DNA of 58,788 nt, from the IMG/VR virus record IMGVR_UViG_3300007094_000198, positions 1 through 58,788 of that record. The stretch is one strand, 5' to 3'. A program made the position numbers and the translations under genes. The DNA comes from a virus. Lineage: Duplodnaviria > Caudoviricetes. Below are positions 9,441 to 19,039 of the stretch, piece by piece (positions within the stretch are counted from its first letter, which is position 1; the number at the start of each line of letters is the position of its first letter). Below the pieces are notes generated by a model, which worked only from the letters and a program-made list of their open reading frames with translations, was not told where the DNA came from and ran no database searches.

Positions 9441-10682
9441 TTATGGGTTAACTTCTCGCAAAAATTTACGCTCCGCGCTACCGTACTGTGTAAAGTAAGC
9501 TTCTTGATGCTTACCTATGTTATTTTCACTCTCTAACCAATAATTTTCTGCAAACGCTCTAGATTTCTTACAAAGCTGAACATATCTACCTTGATCTTTT
9601 AATGCGTATTTAACTTGATCAATAAGTTCGTCCCCTGTACGGTATTTTAAGAAAGCATCTTTATATGTAACCATATCCGGGCATACGCACGGTAGGCCTA
9701 TAGCTCCTGCCTCTAATAATTTAATGTTACTCTTTGCACGATTAAAATCATTATCTTGCAAAGCTGCGAATGTAAGTTGCGTTCCTGCACCTGCAACAGT
9801 ACCAGGGAAATCAGGTAGCTGTACCCACGGAGAATACACCATTTCCCCTGAGTCAATAAAAGGCTTAAGAGGTAGCGGGTAACTACCGTAGAATTGCCAC
9901 TTATAGTCTTTTCTTGTTTTAATGATGGCGCTTATAACTGCTGTAAAATCGTCTTGCTGATTGGTACGGTTTACAACATCAACGTGCGTTCCTGATGCGA
10001 AAATAGAGATAACCGGTCTCTTTTTATTTTTTTCATAACTCTTAGTTAGTTTATTAATGTCGTAGTACCTATCAAACCACCATTTTAGTAGATAGTTCGG
10101 TATAACTGTAACATTTTGATTTCTCGTCTTACTCTTAAAATAATCTCTCATGAAGTCACATGTAACTGTTACTTCATCACACATTTCAATAATATCTATA
10201 ATTGAATTTCTAATTTCATCTGAAACAAAAGCTTCTTTATTTCTATTGTAGTCAGGTATACCTTCTCTAAACACAATATCATCTACCTCGTAAATAATCT
10301 TAAACCCTATCTCTCTCGAGAGACCTTTAAGTAGTCTAACGAATTCTCGTTGAGCTGGTGTAGCTTGTCTTTGTATTTTAACTGCTTGTACGCCTTGATA
10401 GAACCGTGGATCTAAGACCATAGCTGTAGATTCAATAATAACAGCTTTTTGGTAAAGGTTTAACATTAAATTAGGAGACATACAGCGATAAAAACTACAC
10501 CCACCATAATCTGCTAAATAATTTACAGCTCTCGGTAGCCCGTGACCAGGCATCTCTGGGGGTGGTATCACGCTATCTCTAACCGGTAGAGCATGTACGG
10601 CTCCTGGTATATTGGGCGGTAGCCCTATAGGTTTACCAACTATTGTGTTTAATCCGGACTGTAAGAGAGCGTAGTTTGTCAT
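9441..10682 (-). CDS. GT-B glycosyltransferase
   Basis: GCSFYR, YEVDD, VIPN, FNRAKSNIKLLE and G.P.V motifs of GT4-like phage glycosyltransferases. Confidence 0.8.
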   Translation of the reverse strand: MTNYALLQSGLNTIVGKPIGLPPNIPGAVHALPVRDSVIPPPEMPGHGLPRAVNYLADYGGCSFYRCMSPNLMLNLYQKAVIIESTAMVLDPRFYQGVQAVKIQRQATPAQREFVRLLKGLSREIGFKIIYEVDDIVFREGIPDYNRNKEAFVSDEIRNSIIDIIEMCDEVTVTCDFMRDYFKSKTRNQNVTVIPNYLLKWWFDRYYDINKLTKSYEKNKKRPVISIFASGTHVDVVNRTNQQDDFTAVISAIIKTRKDYKWQFYGSYPLPLKPFIDSGEMVYSPWVQLPDFPGTVAGAGTQLTFAALQDNDFNRAKSNIKLLEAGAIGLPCVCPDMVTYKDAFLKYRTGDELIDQVKYALKDQGRYVQLCKKSRAFAENYWLESENNIGKHQEAYFTQYGSAERKFLREVNP

Positions 10683-12481
10683 TGTTTTAATAAATATGTA
10701 ATACCGTTTTGTTTTTCAAGCATAATAATATTGTCCGCTTTACTAATAAATTCTTCCCCTCGATGTGTTATAATATAGCTGCTTTCATTGTAAAGTTCTT
10801 GTCGCTCTTTTAAAACATTAAAAACACCCTCTACCCCTACATCATCCAGTGCAGAATCAAAAAGTTCATCGTAAAAAATTGCACTATAATTAACATCGCC
10901 TTGTAATCTTCTAATATCTAGAAAGGCAAACAAACATGCTAAGTCGATTCTTTTTCTTTCTCCGCCTGAAAAATTAAAGTAAGAACGTTGAGATCCATCT
11001 TCACTGTAAATACTATCTTCAAAAAACTCATTAAAAATACACCTACAATTAGCATCTAATTTTTGAAGATAATATGTAATTCTTAAATTTAATAAGGTTA
11101 ATATTTTTTTTACAATATACGATTTCACTCCTTCTTCTGAAGCAATAAATTTTACGCATTCGTGTATTTTTAATTTAGCATTAAGATTGTTTAAAATGTT
11201 TTCATAATTAGCAAGCTCTTGACTTGAAGTTTTAATAATATCTTCTAAAAGACTGTTTGTTTCTTTTTTACTATCTTCAAGCTCTTGAGCAAATTGAGTA
11301 TCAAAATTTTGTAATAGTTGTATTTTTGTTTTTATGTTTTCGTTACGACTTTCAATATTTTTAAAGTCTTTTTTTTTATTTTCTAAAACTTCAAGACCTT
11401 GCTTCAAAAGTGTTACACTGTTAAAAACCTTATTGTGTTTTTCACAAATGGTTTGCTTTCTTTCTTGCAGTAACTTTATTTCCTTTAAATACTCTTCGAT
11501 GTGCTGCTGCACAGAGTTTGTATCGCTCGTTGAAAGCGATCTTTTACATGTAGGGCATACAGCATTTGCTTCTTTAAGCTTATTAATGTTTTCGTTTTTA
11601 GATTTAATAAACGTGCTAACCTCTATTTTTAATTCTTCATAGCTTTTAAGTTCGGTTTCATGTTTTTTAAGTTCTAAAAGAATTTTCTCTTTTTTTTGAT
11701 CTAAAGTATCTAACTCTTTTAAATTAACATCTTTAATTTGGCTAGTTAATAATTTAATATCTTCGATATTTTTCTTTTGTTTTTTAAAAATATTTTCTAT
11801 TTTTTGTTGTTTATTAATTTCAAAATGTTTTAACTGAGTTTCGTAACTCTCTAACGTTGTTTGTAAAGTTTGTTTTTTACTAAAAGTAATTTCGTAATCT
11901 TTTTTAAACTCATTATATTCTTCCCTTATAAGAGATAGCATTTTTGAAAAAACTTCTAAATTTAAAATATTTTCAATAAATTTTCTTTTGTCAACTTTTG
12001 ACTGTGACATAAAGGGAATAGCACTACCTGCTGACATTATTACAGAATTTTGAAATACATTTTCTGATGAATGTATAAGCTTTTGAATAAGATCATTCGT
12101 CTTTTGTATAGTTGAAAGTGTAATATCTATGCCGTTTTTTTCTAAAAAACACTTTGTAGGGGAAAGCGTTCGGGTTACTATATACTTATCAACATTGTTA
12201 TTTTGAATTATTTCAAAAGTTAATTTAACCTCACATTTTTTACCAGTAAACGAATTGATTATTAACTCTTTGTTCAATTCTCTCACCGTATTACCGAACA
12301 TTGCAAAGTACAGAGCATCCACAACCGTTGACTTACCTACCCCGTTTTTTGAATCTTCTTTGTCTTTATTTATTCCTGTGATTACGTTAATACCGCTCTT
12401 AAACACAAGGGTGAGTGGTGAAGTATCACCTACGGATAAAAAATTTCTAACTGTAAGTTCTTTAAAAATTACTGAACACAT
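10679..12481 (-). CDS. gp46: Recombination endonuclease ATPase subunit gp46 (Rad50/SbcC)
   Basis: NFLSVG, NGVGKST, coiled coil with CPTC hook, FSGGE, YDELFDS, ITH. Confidence 0.95.
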   Translation of the reverse strand: MCSVIFKELTVRNFLSVGDTSPLTLVFKSGINVITGINKDKEDSKNGVGKSTVVDALYFAMFGNTVRELNKELIINSFTGKKCEVKLTFEIIQNNNVDKYIVTRTLSPTKCFLEKNGIDITLSTIQKTNDLIQKLIHSSENVFQNSVIMSAGSAIPFMSQSKVDKRKFIENILNLEVFSKMLSLIREEYNEFKKDYEITFSKKQTLQTTLESYETQLKHFEINKQQKIENIFKKQKKNIEDIKLLTSQIKDVNLKELDTLDQKKEKILLELKKHETELKSYEELKIEVSTFIKSKNENINKLKEANAVCPTCKRSLSTSDTNSVQQHIEEYLKEIKLLQERKQTICEKHNKVFNSVTLLKQGLEVLENKKKDFKNIESRNENIKTKIQLLQNFDTQFAQELEDSKKETNSLLEDIIKTSSQELANYENILNNLNAKLKIHECVKFIASEEGVKSYIVKKILTLLNLRITYYLQKLDANCRCIFNEFFEDSIYSEDGSQRSYFNFSGGERKRIDLACLFAFLDIRRLQGDVNYSAIFYDELFDSALDDVGVEGVFNVLKERQELYNESSYIITHRGEEFISKADNIIMLEKQNGITYLLKQ

Positions 12482-12511
12482 TAAATTAATGTAATATAAA
12501 AATACTAATTT

Positions 12512-13246
12512 TCAAGAATTATAGTCAAATTTACTATAATGTGGCTCTCTATCCCATAAAACTCTCCACATAGCTCGTGTGTGTCCTGTAATCCCACCTA
12601 TATCGATGTTTTCTGGATATGTAAACGAGACCGGTTCGTCTATTACTTTTGGGGTTAAATTACAGTTTTTTATATGTAGGCCTAAAAGCGTTTCAGGGTG
12701 CCCGCAATTTAATGTTCGTATGTTTGAAAAGACGTCGGCATATAAATCTATTGCAGCTGATCGCCCTATTGCAAATCCGTCTCTTTCAGCTAAAGGATGT
12801 ACTCCCTTAATACCTACTTGGGCGGGTATTAAGATTGTATTGTTTTCTATATTAAATTCTTCAGAATGTATTTGTCTAACAAAAAAATTATCTAAACGAG
12901 AACGTATAACAATATCGTAAACAAATCCTTGCTCCTGTTCGTAGTCTTTTTTTAATTGATTGCACATCATAACATTATACCACATCGGTATAACAGTAGG
13001 AGTGTTAAATGTAATTTCTGGTATATTAAAAATGTCTTTTTTGTAAAAATTTATAGTGTTAACTACTTGTTTTTTAGGTTTATATAGTTCCCACAGGTCA
13101 TTTACGTTTTGCTCATAACCGTCCTTGTTTTCAACCCCGTAAATAAAAATATCTGAATTATATACATCTTGAAAGAGCGTTTTAAAGTACGGGTACGTAT
13201 CTTTATAATTCCTTATTCCACCAGAAAAACAAATAGCTATTTTCAT
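12512..13246 (-). CDS. Putative glycosyltransferase-like protein
   Basis: KIAICFSG..R, YDIVIRSRLD, D.FAIG, HPETLL pattern typical of surface-polysaccharide cluster proteins. Confidence 0.55.
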   Translation of the reverse strand: MKIAICFSGGIRNYKDTYPYFKTLFQDVYNSDIFIYGVENKDGYEQNVNDLWELYKPKKQVVNTINFYKKDIFNIPEITFNTPTVIPMWYNVMMCNQLKKDYEQEQGFVYDIVIRSRLDNFFVRQIHSEEFNIENNTILIPAQVGIKGVHPLAERDGFAIGRSAAIDLYADVFSNIRTLNCGHPETLLGLHIKNCNLTPKVIDEPVSFTYPENIDIGGITGHTRAMWRVLWDREPHYSKFDYNS

Positions 13247-13277
13247 AAAGATACTAAAACTACCCCTTAACTTATAC

Positions 13278-13913
13278 CTATAATTTATACGCTACTGCTA
13301 ACCCATAATCGTCTTCGTTTAAGAAATGCTTTTCCACTCTAAACATTTCAGGGTCAATACAATCAATAAACACTCTAGGCCCTGGGTGATAGTTGGTGTC
13401 GTGAAAGAACACTATACTTGACTCTGATAAGAGATCTGTGTATAACCAATCGTTAATACAAGCGTTCACAGAATGCCAACCATCTATAAAAAGTATAGAT
13501 ATTTTGTCTATCCCGATTTGTTTAATATAATTTCTAATAATATCTTGATTAAATGAATTTTCTTTTATTGTGTAAATATTATTTTGAGAATTATTTAAAT
13601 ATGTTTTATCTTCCAAATCTATTCCGAGATATTTAATATGGTTCGGTTTGTTTGACAACAATGCATTCGTAAAAGATCTATCACCGTTTCTCGAAACACC
13701 TATCTCTATGACACCGCTAGTCATGTAATTTTTACTAATTGTTTTTACAAGATTAAAGTTGTTTACTGATACCTCTAAACTACAAGATTTTGTAAACGAA
13801 GCCCAGTCAGCGTCATTATCGTATTTTACCATTTGTGGCTTATACTTTAAACCGTTAATATCTGTACCTAACTCTAATACTTCTACTACCGTGTTATTAA
13901 TTTCTATTTGCAT
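13278..13913 (-). CDS. Class I SAM-dependent methyltransferase (Methyltransf_24-like)
   Basis: IEIGV, GID, LFIDGWHS and FFHDT motifs. Confidence 0.75.
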   Translation of the reverse strand: MQIEINNTVVEVLELGTDINGLKYKPQMVKYDNDADWASFTKSCSLEVSVNNFNLVKTISKNYMTSGVIEIGVSRNGDRSFTNALLSNKPNHIKYLGIDLEDKTYLNNSQNNIYTIKENSFNQDIIRNYIKQIGIDKISILFIDGWHSVNACINDWLYTDLLSESSIVFFHDTNYHPGPRVFIDCIDPEMFRVEKHFLNEDDYGLAVAYKL

Positions 13914-13925
13914 TTTTTAAAAAAA

Positions 13926-15155
13926 TTAAAATATTCTATAAGCTAAATCTTTTGAGTGTTGTTTATAACCCCATTTTTCAATAGCCGCTTTATATTCAGG
14001 CTTGTTTATGTCTAAATCAATAGCCTGTCTCATAGCTGCTCCACCTGATCTCGTTCCATTCGGGTGACCGTGCAAAGCGCCACCTACATTAGCCATCCAG
14101 TCAAAGCTTTCAATCGCTTTATTAATGTATTGCACTAAGCCGGGGTGCATACCACAACTCAACGCAGGAATTATTCTATAATGCCATAACACTTTAAGAG
14201 AATCTAACAATTCTTGATCATCTTGATTCATATAACCGCCAATCATACCTGCGTGTATAGAATCACAACCTGACCACCCTGCTATTTTACAGAGTACTGG
14301 CCAGTAAATATGATATGGTGACCTTTTGTCAGTAAAAAATTTATCTCCACTTTTTTGAAAATGTATCCACAAACCTGGGTTTTGTTTTCTAATAGCTCTG
14401 TATACACCGAGACCGCTCCATACATTAATATGTATACCCGTACCACCTTCGCTTGCAATAAATTTTGCTCTCTCTAAAGCAAATGGGCTATCGCCATTTA
14501 TACAAAATGTGTAGATAACATCAGAAGCGTTATTCTTTAACCAGTTTGTTATTAAAGGCACTCTTTTCTTTAGCGAACAATGCTCTGGGTCTCCTAACAA
14601 CTCATCTTCTTTAATAAAATTAACTCCCCCGTAAACCATTTCTTTTACTGCATCCAATAAAACTTCAGGTGTCATACCTACTTTAGGTTTTACTATACCA
14701 CCTAAGAACGGTTTTTGAAAAACATTACAAAAATCCCGGAACCCTTCAATACCGTATGCTGGCTTTAATGTAAAAATGCTTTCTACTTCGGGTGGTAGAT
14801 GTATGTCTAAAACATGGCATTGCTCTAATTCAAGTATATCTACTTGCCCTCCTGCTATATAACATAATATTTGAGATATACCGTCTTCCTCTAAATTAAG
14901 GTTTTCTAACGGAAAAGCAATCTCAACAATACCTTCATTTTTATTTTTTAAAATCTCTTCTTCCTCTAAAACCCTACAAGTGTGATTTTCAAACATTGCT
15001 TCAGTCTCCCAGACACTACGATTATTAGGGTTTCCTATACTTTGACCTATAGCTAAATTCCAAGACGCGTCTCTTAAAGAGGTTTTACCCTTCAAAAAAT
15101 ATTTTACTATAAAATACTTGCTCTTATCAATTTCCTTAGTAAAGATTTTAGTCAT
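13926..15155 (-). CDS. RuBisCO-like protein (form IV, RLP)
   Basis: GGIVKPKVG, FIKEDE metal/carbamate motif, IHFQ, IHAG, LSCGMH, GGALHGHP. Several carboxylase residues are substituted. Start taken at ATG 15155. Confidence 0.9.
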   Translation of the reverse strand: MTKIFTKEIDKSKYFIVKYFLKGKTSLRDASWNLAIGQSIGNPNNRSVWETEAMFENHTCRVLEEEEILKNKNEGIVEIAFPLENLNLEEDGISQILCYIAGGQVDILELEQCHVLDIHLPPEVESIFTLKPAYGIEGFRDFCNVFQKPFLGGIVKPKVGMTPEVLLDAVKEMVYGGVNFIKEDELLGDPEHCSLKKRVPLITNWLKNNASDVIYTFCINGDSPFALERAKFIASEGGTGIHINVWSGLGVYRAIRKQNPGLWIHFQKSGDKFFTDKRSPYHIYWPVLCKIAGWSGCDSIHAGMIGGYMNQDDQELLDSLKVLWHYRIIPALSCGMHPGLVQYINKAIESFDWMANVGGALHGHPNGTRSGGAAMRQAIDLDINKPEYKAAIEKWGYKQHSKDLAYRIF

Positions 15156-15183
15156 AAAATAAAACTTATTTAAATAGTGCTTT

Positions 15184-15507
15184 TTAAGCAACAATAAATT
15201 TATCTTCTATACCTGAAACTGTCTTAACTATAATTAAAACACAATCTTCTAAAAACACTGGGTCCGCTATTTCATATGGATGTATAACAAAAACGTCTCC
15301 TCCGACAAGAATTTTGCCCTGTATAGACATCTGCCCAGTTATCAATAAATTTATTTCTGTACCGATTTTATGGTAGTGGGTTTCCCATTTCTCACCTTTA
15401 TAATGTTTTTTGTAACAAACTTCAAAATTATTAGTTTTATAAGCTGTTGGTTCAAACCCTCCAACAAACCAACCATCTTTAAATTCTTCGTATTTATACA
15501 CGTCCAT
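15184..15507 (-). CDS. Cupin-domain protein
   Basis: GWFVGGFEP, HYHK..TEIN, G.M, GDVF.I.P cupin pattern. Confidence 0.75.
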   Translation of the reverse strand: MDVYKYEEFKDGWFVGGFEPTAYKTNNFEVCYKKHYKGEKWETHYHKIGTEINLLITGQMSIQGKILVGGDVFVIHPYEIADPVFLEDCVLIIVKTVSGIEDKFIVA

Positions 15508-16231
15508 ATACGTTTTCTTCAAAAAACTTTAAATCCTCTGGTGTCCCGATCGGAAAATGTAAATTATAATAATAAGGTAGAATTTTTTTACCTTTTTGTA
15601 TCATATAATTATAGGTGGGAGCTACGTAAAACTCGTTACTGTACTTTTCATTTTGCGCGATCATTTCTTCAGCTGAGTTCACAAAGTCTGTCCCTTTAGC
15701 CCAAAAGTGAATACCGTTAGTAGCTATATTACTAATAACTATTTTTTCTTTAATAACCTCAATATCTAAATTATTTGTTAATTTTAAATAACTATTTTTT
15801 TTAGATGTTGAGTGAAACGTACCAACAACCCCGTCAGCTTTATTAAGCTCTGCAAATGTTAATAAGTTTTTTAAACTAAAATCAGCGATTATTTGATCGC
15901 AATTAAGAATCAGCAACGGGGTATTGTTGTTAATTTGCTCTTTAACAAGTAAACATGTACATGCCGGTCCTTCCGTTACTATATCTATTAAATGTATGTT
16001 ATATTTAATATTTAATTTTTTAAAAATATCTAAAAATGCTTGCTGAGTGCCTATGTGTGTAGATGTAACGACCGATAAATTAATTTGCTGTAAATCTCCA
16101 AGGTTTTTAATTACTTTCTCAATCATAGGTTCCCCACATACATCTATTAAGGGTTTAAGCTGATTAGGGTGACTCTGGTTGAACCTTGAACCAGTGCCTG
16201 CCATAGGTATTACAATGTTAATTTTACTCAC
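15494..16231 (-). CDS. Sugar-phosphate nucleotidyltransferase
   Basis: IVIPMAGTGSRF, KPLI, TEGPACT, NCDQ, EK, NEFYVAP, IGTPEDL. GTG start at 16231. Confidence 0.85.
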   Translation of the reverse strand: MSKINIVIPMAGTGSRFNQSHPNQLKPLIDVCGEPMIEKVIKNLGDLQQINLSVVTSTHIGTQQAFLDIFKKLNIKYNIHLIDIVTEGPACTCLLVKEQINNNTPLLILNCDQIIADFSLKNLLTFAELNKADGVVGTFHSTSKKNSYLKLTNNLDIEVIKEKIVISNIATNGIHFWAKGTDFVNSAEEMIAQNEKYSNEFYVAPTYNYMIQKGKKILPYYYNLHFPIGTPEDLKFFEENVYGRV

Positions 16232-16248
16232 AGTTATTTTTTTAAGTT

Positions 16249-16833
16249 TTATTCTTTTATTCTTATACACCAAGCATAATCAGCGAACGTTTCTTGTAAA
16301 AAAGGCTTTAAACCTGAAAAATCAGCATAACTATCTTCAAACTCTTTCCAGTTCCAAATTTTGTGTAAATATTTTTCATTAAAAATCTCATCATTCGGGG
16401 CGTAATCGTGAGCCATAATTACATCTCCATCTTTTAAGTATTTGTAAAATGTCTGAAACTCTTGTTTTTTGTTACCACCGTCGCACAGGAGTAGTGTGCG
16501 CCCTGAGCTTTGTATTAACTCTCCTAATGTTTTTTCTATTTGAAAGACGTTTTGATTCGTGAAATTTATTTTTTCGTTATGGGAAACAAAGCGAGTCGGG
16601 TTAATATCAAATGTGTGTATTTTAGCGTTTAAACTGATACTGTGATCCGCTAGTAAGTTTGTTAACCCACCGTAATCTGTGCCTATCTCTATTATTTTTT
16701 GAAACGGGGTATTAATACATTTTTCTGCTAAAATAGTAAATGCTTTTTCAACGCCATATTTTTGTAACGCTTTTTGACCTTTATATGTAAAAACATCTAC
16801 CCCAATATCGTAATATAATTTTTCAACATTCAT
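16249..16833 (-). CDS. SAM-dependent methyltransferase (CmcI-like)
   Basis: IIEIGTDYGG, LCDGGNK, MAHDY; paralog of 51568-52221. Confidence 0.7.
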   Translation of the reverse strand: MNVEKLYYDIGVDVFTYKGQKALQKYGVEKAFTILAEKCINTPFQKIIEIGTDYGGLTNLLADHSISLNAKIHTFDINPTRFVSHNEKINFTNQNVFQIEKTLGELIQSSGRTLLLCDGGNKKQEFQTFYKYLKDGDVIMAHDYAPNDEIFNEKYLHKIWNWKEFEDSYADFSGLKPFLQETFADYAWCIRIKE

Positions 16834-16893
16834 ATTGTATATATATTAACAAATAAACATAAAGAAAGCAACCTAATAACGTCTGTATTTTGG

Positions 16894-17595
16894 CTATTCA
16901 AATATATGAAAACAACTACCGTAATTACCTGTTTGCGATCCTTGATAAATTTTTGGTTCTGTTGCCCAATAAACTGTAAAGTTATTTAACATTTGTAAGT
17001 AATTAAGTTCCCAGTCAATAACCGTAAAGAACGGTAAAGCAGTGTTTAATATTTGATTTACAGCAGAGCGTTTAATTATATAAGAATCACTACAGCGGCT
17101 GTGTTTTTGATGATTTTCGACTAAAGGCTCTCCTTTTGTATAAGATATTGAGAGCTGGCACCCTGAACCTAAATAGCATATGTCGCAGTTATCTGGTATA
17201 CAGTTCTCGTAAAAATTAATTATATCTTGCAAAGGTTCCTTAAACATAGCATCATCCTCTAAAATTAAAGACCAATTATCCGTTGTATTAAAAATTATAT
17301 GTTCAAACGTTTTATAATGTTCTAATGTTACAGCTCTGTACGCTTTACCTTTTATGGTTGTATTATCTGGGCCAATACTCACTCGCTTTTCAAACGGTAG
17401 CATTATTAAATTACGCTTATCTCGATTTTGAGAGCTAATATCAAAATAGCGTTCGTCTAATATTTCTAAGGAGTCTCTGTCGTACAAAGAGCGATACAAA
17501 AAAGGAACAGAGACTGATTGTAATTGTTCATCTAAATATTTTTTACGATCTATATTTTTATTATAATGTATAATGTATATACTATCTACTTTCAT
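16894..17595 (-). CDS. Glycosyltransferase family 25-like
   Basis: YIIHY....DRK, LEH, LILEDD, YLG, SYII and IDW motifs. Confidence 0.75.
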   Translation of the reverse strand: MKVDSIYIIHYNKNIDRKKYLDEQLQSVSVPFLYRSLYDRDSLEILDERYFDISSQNRDKRNLIMLPFEKRVSIGPDNTTIKGKAYRAVTLEHYKTFEHIIFNTTDNWSLILEDDAMFKEPLQDIINFYENCIPDNCDICYLGSGCQLSISYTKGEPLVENHQKHSRCSDSYIIKRSAVNQILNTALPFFTVIDWELNYLQMLNNFTVYWATEPKIYQGSQTGNYGSCFHIFE

Positions 17596-18215
17596 GTTTT
17601 TTTAAAAAAAAGACCTCTATGCTCGAAATGATTGCCGTCAAAGTCTGGGCAAAAAATTAAACGATCTGCTTTAGCGAACTGTTTTAATTGTTTTGTGTAC
17701 ATACTATCGTAAATAAAACCTCTCTTTTCAATCTCTTCTATCCAATAATGTGCAGGCTGACAATTAACATGATGATGGCCTCCTTGCCCTGGTCCAGCGT
17801 GCGTAAGCACTATATATTTACCTTTATCGAAGCATTTTAAAAAGTTTTCTTTGTACTGTTCTTCAATGTGTTCTACAACCTCTACACAATAAACAAGATC
17901 AAAATCGTTCTGAATTACTGGGGACCCTGCGGTAAAGTCCCAGTGTATTACGTTTTCTTTTAATAGCGAATGCTCTACAGCTACAGGGCAACCTTCGATA
18001 CCTGTAACATTAACGTTCATGTTTTTAAAATGTTGCATTGTGAAACCTCGTCCACAGCCAACATCAAGCATATTTTGTATTTTTAAATTCTTTATTAAAA
18101 ACGACCACATCGTGGGATAAGTAGTCGCTATATCTCCTTCAAAAAAATATCCTCCTAAATGACTTAACCCCCCTTCATGTCTTATCATTCCTGTTGTTGA
18201 ATTGTTTATTTTCAT
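17592..18215 (-). CDS. Class I SAM-dependent methyltransferase
   Basis: LDVGCGRG, FDLVYCVEVVEHI, PGQGGHHHVN. Confidence 0.85.
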   Translation of the reverse strand: MKINNSTTGMIRHEGGLSHLGGYFFEGDIATTYPTMWSFLIKNLKIQNMLDVGCGRGFTMQHFKNMNVNVTGIEGCPVAVEHSLLKENVIHWDFTAGSPVIQNDFDLVYCVEVVEHIEEQYKENFLKCFDKGKYIVLTHAGPGQGGHHHVNCQPAHYWIEEIEKRGFIYDSMYTKQLKQFAKADRLIFCPDFDGNHFEHRGLFFKKT

Positions 18216-18221
18216 ATGTTA

Positions 18222-19025
18222 TTAATAGCGTTTTGAATAAGCTTCCCACTCCTCACAAAGCCATTTTTGACCGCCGGCAAAATGTCGATTTATAACTTGG
18301 TCTTTAGTAGTGTGAACTATGTCATACGTGTTACGGTTTCCAAAACTATTACCCGTTTCTTCTAAGAGATGAGTCGTATTCCATTCAGGTCCTAACACTT
18401 CTATATTTTTCATAAGCTCATCTATAGAGAATAATGTAAATTCGGTTTTGTTTGTATGAAAACCGTAATCAGGTAAATCTAAGAATGAAACCCAACTATG
18501 TGGTTTAATACCAGCTATATGATAATATGCATGTTGGTCATTAGCATAAAAAACAACTTCTTGTTTTACGTCTTCCTTGTAATATTTTTTTTGCATGAAA
18601 TAATTAAAACGTTCCTGAGAGACCATTGCGTTAATAATTTTTTTCGTAAACTCATTTACCTGTAAGGAAAATATACCCATACAATGAGTGTTGCCAGAGT
18701 CAATAGCGTATGTAAAGCTCTTTTTAGTGGTAATGTCATAATTAAGTTTTGCGATATATACATCACAATCAAACATTGTTACTATATCTCCTTCCTGAAG
18801 TTTACCTTCATCGATAGCATCTTTAAGTATCTTCCACCTGTAAAACATTACACTGCCTTCTGGGGAAACATTTTCAAACACCTTAACATTTGTTGAATAC
18901 GGTAATTCTACGTACTTATAACCATGTAGTTTACAGTATTGTATGTTTCTTGGGCGCATATAAGTCGTATATGCTCCCAGCCTCCAGTCGGTGTAATTCG
19001 GGAGGGTAAGGAATATTTTTTTCAT
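18222..19025 (-). CDS. GT-A glycosyltransferase (GT34-like)
   Basis: YCKLHGY, DCD (DxD), DQ, WN and RHFAG motifs. Confidence 0.65.
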   Translation of the reverse strand: MKKIFLTLPNYTDWRLGAYTTYMRPRNIQYCKLHGYKYVELPYSTNVKVFENVSPEGSVMFYRWKILKDAIDEGKLQEGDIVTMFDCDVYIAKLNYDITTKKSFTYAIDSGNTHCMGIFSLQVNEFTKKIINAMVSQERFNYFMQKKYYKEDVKQEVVFYANDQHAYYHIAGIKPHSWVSFLDLPDYGFHTNKTEFTLFSIDELMKNIEVLGPEWNTTHLLEETGNSFGNRNTYDIVHTTKDQVINRHFAGGQKWLCEEWEAYSKRY

Positions 19026-19039
19026 AACGAATTTTTTAT

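Noticed and set aside
13926-15155. True CO2-fixing RuBisCO as an auxiliary metabolic gene
   Set aside because: Equivalents of E60, N123, R295 and loop-6 K334 appear substituted, and no small subunit or phosphoribulokinase is present; it fits form IV.
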